This document shows positions 39,012 to 49,150 of a stretch of DNA of 64,000 nucleotides, piece by piece (position 1 is the first letter of the stretch; every line of letters starts with the position of its first letter). The DNA is taken from the NCBI GenBank assembly GCA_043228905.1, contig JBHGNT010000009.1:15810001-15874000 (forward strand), written 5' to 3'. A model generated the notes under the pieces. That model saw only the letters and a program-made list of their open reading frames with translations. It was not told the origin of the DNA and searched no databases. The stretch comes from Azolla caroliniana. Its lineage: Eukaryota > Plantae > Polypodiophyta. The position numbers and the translations under genes were made by a program.

Positions 39012-42000
39012 AAAGGTGTGGACGGTATATGGCGACGAGAGGTGCACAACGACGAGAAAGAGGTAATACTACGGGAAGCACACTGCGGAGTCGCCGGAGG
39101 ACATTATGCCGGGGATATGGCAAAGTGGCCTATGGTGGCCGACTACATTGAAAGACGCAGTCCGGTACGCGAAAGAGTGTGATCTATGCCAGCGAATGGG
39201 CTAACCAACGGAACAAGCTAGGATGTCGCACCAACTAGTACTACCGCTAGAACCATTTCAGAAATGGGGACTGGATTTTGTCGGACTATTTAAACCACCG
39301 GCAATGAGAACTGGCAACCGGTATGTGATTGTTGCGATGGACTATTGCACTAAATGGGTGGAAGCCAAAGCCTTACAAGACAACACCGCGACGTCGACGG
39401 CAAAATTCTTATACGAATACATTTGGTGCCGGTACGGATGCCCCATAGAGCTGATAAGTGACTAAGGAGGGCACTTTCTTGGACAGGTACGGAGCACCCC
39501 GTACTACCCACAAGCCAACGGATTAGCTGAGTCAACAAACAAAACGCTACAGAATATCCTGCGCAAGATCGTCAATGAGAATCAGACAGATTGGGACACG
39601 AAGCTGCACAGTGCACTCTGGGCTTATCAGACAGGCTACGAAACAAGCATTCAAACCACACCATTCCGGTTAGCATTCAGATTAGAGGTAGTCGAGTTCC
39701 AAGTACTGAGCTTACGGATCCAGATTCGGGAACGACTTAATGAAAAGGAATCGGAGGCAATTCGGTTAAAGGCTCTATGTGAACTAGAAGAACACCGACT
39801 GGCGAGCATCATGCACCTGGAATTGGAACAACGGCGACAGAAAGCGTTTGTAGATCGGCACCAGAAGGGAAACGAAAAGATGTTCGAAATCGGCAAGCCG
39901 ATACTAGTGTTCCAGACCCAGATGGGTAAAATTCCAGGCAAACTACGGTTTAGATGGACTGGACTGTACTGGATCACACGCGGGTTCAATGGGTCTTACC
40001 AGTTAGGGACACTTGCTGGCGAGGTGATGGGTAAATGGGTCAACGGATTTAGACTAAAGCCATACAAAGGACCTATGCCCAAGAACCCATTTGAACGAAG
40101 GGCTGACACCGAATCGGACGCCGTCAGGCCAACCAAGACGACAACTTGTGAAGAAAACGGCTACCACCAAGCCGGTAAGGAGGAGCACGAGCCGACAACC
40201 GGGGAGAGCAAAACGGCGACAAACCGTCAAGAGGCCAGCAAGGTGCGCGTTTCGGGTAAGGGTCCGACAGGACCGGAGAAAAATTAACCACACAATTAAT
40301 TTCAAAAAAGAAAAGAAAAAAAAGAAAAGAAAGAAAAATCGAATCAAAGAAATCATGCAAAGGAGTGGTGGGAATGGCCACGCAAACGAGGAGTAAAGAG
40401 GCACTTTGAAAAGGTACGAGGAGGCTATGAATAGGGCATTAAACCACCACCACATGGCACGAAATGCTATTATAGTACACGACCTGCACATGCGTAAGCT
40501 CGAAAAAGGCGCCAAGATGCAGAGAGAAAACGCCCCCCGCATCGAGACCTTCTTTCGCGAACCAAGGAGAACAGATGTAGATAGACGCGTGAAGATCAAT
40601 CGAAGAGAGCTCACGCACAGAGAACCCCCTCACTCAGAACTTTCTCTCTCACACTCTCTCCACCGTCAAACCTCGCCAACACTCTCCGACCTCGACGCAG
40701 AGATGGACTACCAAACACTGTCTAAAGCCGCCAAGAAATGGCTACGGCAACACGGACTGGAGGGTTTCTTGACGATCATGGAGGCGGTGCCACACAAGGA
40801 GGCTGAAAAGATTATCAAAGAAATCGACACAGAGGTGATCACGGAGGAGGCGATCCGTGCGTTAACAGGCCTTCCGGAGGGGGGCATCTACACGATCGAC
40901 AATCCTACCTCCGAGCAGCTCATCAAATATTTCGGTGAGTATTCTCTCGCCAGCAAGGGCTACAGGACACAGGGCGGCGAAGATATGTTATTCCGCGAAA
41001 TTGCCCGTGTACTCCATGAGTTCGGCCACGTATACCCTCGACCCCCCGTTATGCCTCAAAACTGAACATGCTTGATTATCGCAACGTACGAAGGGGTCAA
41101 GGTGGATTGGCCGGTGTTGATCGCCGATGGATTGTGCGCGGCTATTGATACCGTAAGAGGTAAGGACGACAAGGAAGGCAAAGAAGGCCGGAAAATATGG
41201 CATGCGGTGACGCAATGGCTCACCCTATTGGCGCCACCTGTCGAGCCCGTCCAGACCAAGAAACAGGGAAGAGCAACGGACGGCACCCCGAAACCTGCTT
41301 CAAAACGACAACAATTGTTGGCCTCCAAGGCCACTAAGGGGAAGACGGCCGACGCAGAGAAGGCGGCAAAGGAGCGTGCCAGCCGGAAGCGGCCGACGGA
41401 CACGCACGAGGAGACACCGGCACGGCCCCTGAAGATCCCACTCCACTGACCAGTGCAGCAAGAAACGGACACCCTGGCGGCAAGAATGAATGCCGGGACT
41501 CAGGAGGAGGAAACGGAGGAAGAGCCTACGGAGCACCTCCGGCGGCAACCGGTGAAGAGGACTGTAGAATCAGCCGGGAAGCGTTTGAACCCATAGAAGG
41601 ATGGAACACCCGCAACCCACACTGAGAATCCCACGCCAAGGGAGGCACCAGAACCGGTTCGGATGGAACCGGTCACAAAAGTCCTTGCACAACAGGCAGC
41701 ACCGGCAAGCCTCGTAACTCAAGAGCCGGTTATACAAATGCCAACCTCCTCAGCCGGCCAAGAACAAGCAGACAAGGAGCGGCTAGCCGAAACACAACCA
41801 GAACCGGAACGACAAAGTGGTCAGTAGGCAGAACCAGAATTGCAGCTCGACGCAATTAGGCGGGACCGGCCACTTACAAGCGAACCCATCAGCCAACCCT
41901 CCGCACAAGCGCACCAACAGTGCACCGACAGCCAATGGCTCCGGTGGATAGGAGAACAAATTGCCGGAGTAGTCGGATACGTAGAGGCGGAAGAACGAGC

Positions 42001-43155
42001 GCAGATGGAACGGTTGCTAGTCACAACTGATGAACTAGAGACGGCCTGGTCAAGGATCCGGTGCCTCGAACAAGACTTGGATCGGGTCACAGAAGACATG
42101 GCCAAAATGGCCTTAACCGCAACATAGATCCAAGCACCGGTGACTCCGGTGGATGTACATACGAATAAGACCCCGGAGACAGAAACTGTTCCGGAGAAAG
42201 ATGCGGCGCAAGCCCAAGAGCTTGCCGAATAAAGGGACGAACTTGCCGGACAAGAAGCACTACGGAGCCGCGAACGAGATTCGAAGAAAGTGGCAGAAGA
42301 GGAGTTAAGGAAATTTGTTGAAAACCTCCGCCGGGCAGAAGAAAATCTGCGGAAAGGGCATCAAGCTTACGATCGGCTAAAGGAGGAAAAAGAAAAATTG
42401 CTGCAGGAGAAGGACAAGCTGCGACGGAAATCGAAAGGCTGAAGGAAGAACTCCGTCAACAGAAGGACCGGGAGGACCGCACGCGCCGATAGATCAACCA
42501 GAGGCTGAAGCAGAAGACCGATGATTTTGATCATCTGCACCGGGACTACAAGCAGCTGGAGACGGAGTATAAGCAACAGCAGGAAAGGATGGCCGAGCTC
42601 CGACAGGAAGTTGATAGGGCCACAACGGCACTCGCCGACGAACGAGCTGAGAATACAAAGTTATTGGAGGAAGCGGCAAGGGACCGGATGGAGCTCCACA
42701 AGTAGAACCATGAAGAAAAGGAAAGGGCGACAATGGTGTTACAGAGGTTGCAAACAACCTATCAAAGTCAATTGTCGCATTATAAGGAGCAAGAGGCGGA
42801 CACGGTCAGAATCATCAAGCAATTGAAAAAGGAGCGACAAGCCGCGGAGAACAAATCACGGATGGGAACCAAACGGATCCAGTGCATCCTCCAGGCATGC
42901 TCACCAAGACCAAATGCTTGATTGACGAGAGCTCTGTGCAATGGTGGACGAAATGAGCACAGAATACGACGGAACTCCAATTGGTTAGGGCGGACATGGA
43001 AAACCGGCGGAAGGAAGGTGACAACTGTTATACGCTGACATATGAGGACTTCACTGCCATAAGGGATGAGCTGGCCAAAGATTTCACAGCCCTGGCGAAT
43101 GAACAATTGGTGCAGGTTTGGCAGCTCATAGCTCAACTGGACGACGATCGGCTGG

Positions 43156-46100
43156 TGTCATGGCAAGACTCGAACCCATGACTTTATGCTACATGGGTCG
43201 AGCTCTTACCATTAGATTAGGAATTGTATTTTGTAGGATATTATTTTCATTTATACTTTATCATAGAAAATTGATGTATATTCCAGATCTCTCTGGAACA
43301 TTCTAGAAGCTTCAAGATTATTCCTAAAAACACTATAAAAGGAGGCACAAGGCATTGTTTTGAACCAAATTGGTTCGAGATGCATCAGTGGGATATCGGG
43401 AAGGATGCATCTCGAGTCGGCCTAATAGGCACGCTACTTAGCGGCTCAGCCTTGGCACGGTTTGCTCCGCTTCTAGAAAAACAATCACCCTTACTTAATA
43501 ACTTTGAAGATTTTATTGGTGAGTTTAAAGCCTGCTTTGGAGACACCGACAGCATCAGGACGGCGATCAACAAGATCCGGCGATTGCGTCAAGGCGATCG
43601 TCCAGCCTCTGCCTACGCGGCAGATTTCCGCCTACTTGCTTCAGATATACCCTGGGATGATCAAGCACTAATGGAGCAGTTTCGCTATGGCTTGCGAAAC
43701 GATGTCAAAGATCTACTTCTAACTTTCCCCGAAGAACCAAAGTCTCTTACGGAGGCAATCAGTCGAGCAGTTCGATGTGACAACCGCCTTTTTGAACGGC
43801 GTTCAGAACGTCAATTACAGATACCACGCTCTAGGCCAGAGCCCACTTACGCCGCAGTCGCGGCTAAACCGTTTGCACGAGACACACCTCAAGCAAATAC
43901 TTCGACACCGATGGAGATCGATACCATGCGTCGACGCGGCCCGTTATCGGAAGAAGAAAAGCAACGACGACGTGCCAATCGATTATGTCTTTATTGCGGT
44001 GGACCAGGACATATCGCCATCAATTGTCCCCATAGGCCAAGAAGACAGGTAAATCAAATCGTCGCCTGTACTAAACCCGAGTCAATTCTTCCCTTCGGAG
44101 TGTCTGATAGTAGTAATAGTACTAATAGAGTGTGAGATAGTATTCATAGTACTAATAGCCCAAGTATCTCAAATAAATTTGAAATCCTTAGTCAATTAGA
44201 TGAAGAGTTAAACGATTGAGTCCAGCCAAAATAGGAGCCATTTGGTTGGACAGTAGCCCTAGATCTGTACAGCCCATTAGTGGTTCCATTCCTTCCAAGC
44301 AAGTTAGCAATGTGTTCCTAGCCCAAGTCATTGTTAGTACTAAAAGTACTCCCCCAGTACCCGTCCTAGCACTTTTAGATTCCGGAGCTAATTCCTGTTT
44401 CATGGATCGAAATTTTGCCCAAGCTTCTCAGATATCCTTAAGAAAACTTCCTCGTCCCGCATCTGTAGTGGTCATTGATGGTCGTCCCATTGCTTCCGGG
44501 AATATTGTAGAAGAATCAGAACCCATTCAAGTTGTCCTAGGTAGTTTTGTGTGTATAATATCATTTAATATAATTAGTAGTCCAGAGCATCCCATTGTCC
44601 TAGGATTACCTTGGCTTGAATTACATAATCCAGCCATAGATTGGAGAACAAGAGAAGTCCGATATCGACCACCCCAAGAATCAACTCACCGAGTTTCGAC
44701 CATTTCACTCCATCAACTACGCGAAGAAGGACCCAAGGAGGCAATGTTCCTATTTGCCATATCAGTACATCCTTCTAGCACTATTAAGAAGGACTCCTCA
44801 ATACAACTTCCGGCAAAATATCATCCTTATGCCGATGTATTTGACAAGGTAAAAGCCGGTACCCTTCCTCATCACCGTCCCTATGACTGTCCCATCGATT
44901 TACAACCAGGAACCGAGCCACCATGGGGACCAATTTACAACTTGTCACCCACCGAGTTAGAAGTCCTTCGAGCCTACATAGAGGAGAACTTGGCAAGCGG
45001 GTTCATCCGTCATTCGAAATCTCCGGCCGGTGCACCCATCTTCTTTGTCAAGAAGAAAGATGGCTCACTTCGTCTTGTCGTTGATTACCGCGGATTGAAT
45101 AAAGTCACCATCCGGAATAGGTATGCACTTCCTCTTATATCAAGTCTTTTAGAGCGAGTTAATGGTGCCAAGTTTTTTACTAAAATCGACCTACGAGGAG
45201 CGTATAATCTCGTGCGGATCCGACCGGGAGATGAGTGGAAGACCGCTTTTCGCACGCGGTATGGGCATTTCGAGTATACTGTTATGCCGTTTGGCCTAAC
45301 CAATGCACCCGCAGTCTTCCAACACATGGCAAATGATATATTCAGAGACCTCTTGGATATCTGTTTGATCATTTATCTGGATGATCTGTTGATTTATTCG
45401 AAGACCCAGGAAGAGCACGATTCTCATGTACTATTAGTACTAAAGCGACTCCGCGAGAATGGTCTTTATGCCAAGCTAGAGAAATGTAGCTTTGACTGCA
45501 AGCAAGTGGAATTTCTAGGCTACGTCATCTCCTCAAAGGGCATCGCCATGGATCCAGCTAAAATCCAAACTGTACTAGAGTGCCAAATTCCACGGTCGGT
45601 ACGAGATGTACAATGTTTTCTAGGCTTTGCTAACTTCTACCGTAAGTTTATACAGGATTACTCGAAGATTATTTTACCTCTCACACAACTTACGAAGAAG
45701 GGCCAAGCATTTCTTTGGTCCATCGAAGCAGATATGGCTTTTCGGCATCTTAAGAAAGCCTTTACATCAGCACCGATTCTAGCTCATGTGGATACAAGCA
45801 AACCATTCATCATGGAGGCCGACGCATCAGATTTCGCCCTCGGTAGCATCCTTTCTCAACAAGGCGATAAAGAAGAGTTGCATCCGGTGGCTTTCCATTC
45901 GCGCAAATTCAATGTCGCAGAAATCAACTACGAAATACATGACAAGGAGTTATTAGCCATCGTGGATTCATTTGTACAATGGCGGCATTTCTTAGAGGGC
46001 TCTCCACATCAGGTCATTGTCTTTAGCGATCATAAAAATCTTGCTTATTTTCAGAACGCTCGCGTACTAAATCGACGGCAAGCTCGGTGGGCGCAATTCC

Positions 46101-48220
46101 TCACGCGTTTCAACTTCGAAATCACATATCGACCGGGGAAGCAGCAAGGAAAAGCAGATGCACTATCACGGCGTTCATATCTTGCACCTCGTCCTGGTGA
46201 CGCAACATTTGATAATCAAAAGCAAGTAATCTTGGGACCAACACGATTGCACACGACGCGGATTTTTCACACCCCGATGGATTCACGGATTACCGATGAC
46301 ATACGTGCAACCTTGAAGACGGATAGTTTTGCTCAAGACATCCTGGCGCACATTGATACTTCTCGGGCATCCTGTTCTCAGTCTCAACAACCAGGTATTG
46401 ACTACCGACAATTCGAATATCATGATGGTTTGTTATTCTTTAAAAAGCGCGTATATGTCCCCGATTGCTCCTGTCGCCTTCAAATCGTCCAACATTGTCA
46501 CGACACCCATACGGCGGGACATTTCGGTAGTACCAAGACGTTGGAGTTAGTGCAGCGATCTTTTTGGTGGCCCCACATGCGCCGTTTTGTCGACGACTAC
46601 GTTCGGACCTGTGATGCTTGCTGCCGAGCAAAGATGCCACGACACCATCCATATGGCTTGTTGGAACCTTTACCAATTCCAAGTAAGCCATGGCAGTCTA
46701 TTTGTCTTGATTTTATTACAGATCTGCCGGTCTCGAAGGGGTTCGATGCTATCCTAACCGTCGTCGATCGATATACGAAGATGGCACATTTTGTGCCATG
46801 TACTAAAGCCATCACTAGCGAGGAAACCGCCGCTCTTGTTATGCGTGAGGTATTTCGGCATCATGGCCTACTAGACAGTATTATCAGTGACCGAGGCCCG
46901 CAATTTGTCTCCAAATTTTGGCAGCATCTCTTGAGGATGCTCAAGGTCTCCTGCAACCTCTCCTCCGGCTACCATCCTCAAACTGACGGACAGGCGGAAC
47001 GAACAAACCAAACGTTGGAGCAATATCTCCGGTGTTTCCTGAGTTATCAACAGGACGATTGGGCCGAGATTCTCCACTTTGCGGAGTTTGCGTATAATAA
47101 TGCTATTCACTCCTCGACTCGGGTCTCCCCATTTCTCGTTTATACCGGTTTCCATCCTCGCTGGTCGGTGATCGACACTCCGGAGCTACCTACCAACCCT
47201 CGTGCCGAGGACCATTTGGAGAGGCTACGCAAGATCCAGATGGATCTCTCTACTCACCTTCATCATGCTCAACACACACAGAAGACTTATGCGGATCGTC
47301 ATCGGATTCCGTCCTCTTTTGCCATCGGAGATCGAGTATGGCTCTTACGTCGTCACATCAAGACTACTCGACCGTGCGACAAGTTGGATTATCGACGACT
47401 CGGTCCTTTCTGTATTACGGGGAAGATTAATGATGTCACCTTCCGCCTGGATCTCCCTCCGCAGCTTCAGATACATCCGGTTTTCCATTGTTCTCTTCTT
47501 GAACCTTATAAAGCAAACACCATTCCCGATCGTGTGACACCACCGCCGCCCCCGCTGGAGTTGGACGCCGGCCCGGAGTATGAAGTTGCTGCCATCCTCG
47601 ATTCCAAACTTGTTCGCAACAAACTTTATTACTTGGTCGATTGGCTCGGTTATAGTCCGAGCGAACGTACTTGGGAACCCGTCGAGAATGTTGCCAATGC
47701 ACAAGATCTTCTTGCTGATTTCCACCGAAAGTATCCGGACAAACCTGGTCCGCAGTTAGCGCCGACTCGTTCCACTCGTCGTCTTTAAGGGGGAGATAGT
47801 GTCATGGCAAGACTCGAACCCATGACTTTATGCTACATGGGTCGAGCTCTTACCATTAGATTAGGAATTGTATTTTGTAGGATATTATTTTCATTTATAC
47901 TTTATCATAGAAAATTGATGTATATTCCAGATCTCTCTGGAACATTCTAGAAGCTTCAAGATTATTCCTAAAAACACTATAAAAGGAGGCACAAGGCATT
48001 GTTTTGAACCAAATTGGTTCAACACCAGTCTTAAGCCTCTTAGTCGATTTGTACTTATCTTTCATATAATATAAGAGCTGCTGTCATCATCTTATTTCTC
48101 TCTCTCTCCTCTTCTCACTTCCTCTCTCTCGGGAATCTTACGCAGTCCCGTCCTCTTAGTACTAATAGTACTACTCTTCTTAGTACTAATTCCATCTCTG
48201 TTTTAGTACTATTCCTGACA
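43156..48220 (+). mobile_element. Young chromovirus (Tcn1/Tf1-sushi-like), copy G1, with a deletion of the 5' LTR end and gag start
   Basis: Perfect TSD GCTGG; partial 5' LTR 43156-43376; 3' LTR 47800-48220; PPT AAGGGGGAGA. Confidence 0.97.
44216..47788 (+). CDS. pol: Chromovirus Pol (PR-RT-RH-IN-chromodomain), uninterrupted, no AUG start
   Basis: LLDSGA, YLDD, DASD, H..H/C..C, GPF motif, chromodomain YEVAAIL..YYLVDWLGY..TWEP. Confidence 0.95.
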   Translation: MSPAKIGAIWLDSSPRSVQPISGSIPSKQVSNVFLAQVIVSTKSTPPVPVLALLDSGANSCFMDRNFAQASQISLRKLPRPASVVVIDGRPIASGNIVEESEPIQVVLGSFVCIISFNIISSPEHPIVLGLPWLELHNPAIDWRTREVRYRPPQESTHRVSTISLHQLREEGPKEAMFLFAISVHPSSTIKKDSSIQLPAKYHPYADVFDKVKAGTLPHHRPYDCPIDLQPGTEPPWGPIYNLSPTELEVLRAYIEENLASGFIRHSKSPAGAPIFFVKKKDGSLRLVVDYRGLNKVTIRNRYALPLISSLLERVNGAKFFTKIDLRGAYNLVRIRPGDEWKTAFRTRYGHFEYTVMPFGLTNAPAVFQHMANDIFRDLLDICLIIYLDDLLIYSKTQEEHDSHVLLVLKRLRENGLYAKLEKCSFDCKQVEFLGYVISSKGIAMDPAKIQTVLECQIPRSVRDVQCFLGFANFYRKFIQDYSKIILPLTQLTKKGQAFLWSIEADMAFRHLKKAFTSAPILAHVDTSKPFIMEADASDFALGSILSQQGDKEELHPVAFHSRKFNVAEINYEIHDKELLAIVDSFVQWRHFLEGSPHQVIVFSDHKNLAYFQNARVLNRRQARWAQFLTRFNFEITYRPGKQQGKADALSRRSYLAPRPGDATFDNQKQVILGPTRLHTTRIFHTPMDSRITDDIRATLKTDSFAQDILAHIDTSRASCSQSQQPGIDYRQFEYHDGLLFFKKRVYVPDCSCRLQIVQHCHDTHTAGHFGSTKTLELVQRSFWWPHMRRFVDDYVRTCDACCRAKMPRHHPYGLLEPLPIPSKPWQSICLDFITDLPVSKGFDAILTVVDRYTKMAHFVPCTKAITSEETAALVMREVFRHHGLLDSIISDRGPQFVSKFWQHLLRMLKVSCNLSSGYHPQTDGQAERTNQTLEQYLRCFLSYQQDDWAEILHFAEFAYNNAIHSSTRVSPFLVYTGFHPRWSVIDTPELPTNPRAEDHLERLRKIQMDLSTHLHHAQHTQKTYADRHRIPSSFAIGDRVWLLRRHIKTTRPCDKLDYRRLGPFCITGKINDVTFRLDLPPQLQIHPVFHCSLLEPYKANTIPDRVTPPPPPLELDAGPEYEVAAILDSKLVRNKLYYLVDWLGYSPSERTWEPVENVANAQDLLADFHRKYPDKPGPQLAPTRSTRRL

Positions 48221-49150
48221 GCTGGAGGCTTAAAAACGAGTTTGAGAGCTATGAGCGGTCCCGGCTTCAGGAAGAAAAAGCAAGGAAGGCGGCAACGGTC
48301 AACCTTAGTGATGAGGATCTGTCGCCGGTACAAGGACCAGATGGGGACCAGGCCGGGGTCAATCAGCCAGAGACAACTCCGATGGAGGAAACAACGAAGG
48401 AAACACTGGTGCCAGAGCGACAAACAGAGCAGCAACCCCAAACGGAGAAGGCACAAACGGAGCAGCCACCACAACAGCCACAAACGGAATAGCAGCCACA
48501 GCAGCAACAATAGATTCCCGACGAGCCATTGGAAATTCTGGAGCAAAGCATTTTGGACATTTTGGACGAAGAGTAGCAGGGCCGGATAATGGGTTCGATG
48601 TACAAGGTACTGTCCCACGGGCGTGCCATGTGTTACCTGGCAGGCAAGAAGGCTTAAGGATGTCGAGACCAGAGTGTGAAAGGAATAGTTTATTCGGGAA
48701 CTGTTGTAATTATTTTATTAATATGGACGGATGGACCGGAATCGGTATGCCGATCCGGATCCGGACCGATTCCGAATAGGTGCCGGTTGGCACCGTTTTG
48801 TACTTCGCACCGGAGACCTATATAAAGGCCCGGTTACAATGTAATTGACAGCGGATAGTTCTATATAGGCCCGGTTACAATGTAATTGACAACGGATAAT
48901 TAATAGAACTTATTGCCTTAACCTTTCAGTATTGATTACCGTTCTGTACTCATTGTTATATCTTACGCGTGTAATGACGTATTGCTAAGTAACCAATTAA
49001 GGTCTAACTAAGCGTTGTGTCGTAAGTCATCTTGTCGTAACACCCTTTGGTGAAGTGTCTTAAGTGGACACCCTCTGTTAGGCTGTTGTCCGGCCCTAGG
49101 ATTAATATCAGCAAGCAACATCGGCACCCATTTCTGAAGGAGCGGAACGT

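Larger units (their letters stand above)
40703..48576 (+). pseudogene. Extra (env-like position) ORF of gypsy B, ~930 codons, split by the chromovirus insertion (40703-43155 and 48226-48576)
   Basis: Globular N-terminus (ITEEAIRALTGLP..GVKVDWPVLIADGL), Pro/Glu linker, long E/K/R/Q coiled-coil-like region and Q/E/P tail. Many stops are consistent with C>T decay. Confidence 0.7.
33826..49107 (+). mobile_element. Non-chromovirus Ty3/gypsy element (family B) with an extra 3' ORF, decayed
   Basis: LTRs 33826-34261 and 48631-49107; TSD TTAGC/TCAGC, with the host Copia frame CQF(G)|KQHRHPF restored across it; PBS TGGCGACCAC (tRNA-Arg-like); gag 34585-36516, PR-RT-RH-IN 36500-40287. Confidence 0.95.

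Noticed and set aside
34340-42105. Antisense ORFs in gypsy B (e.g. 34340..34987, 40054..40614, 41056..41472)
   Set aside because: Shadow ORFs of GC-rich or purine-biased sense coding sequence, with no motifs.
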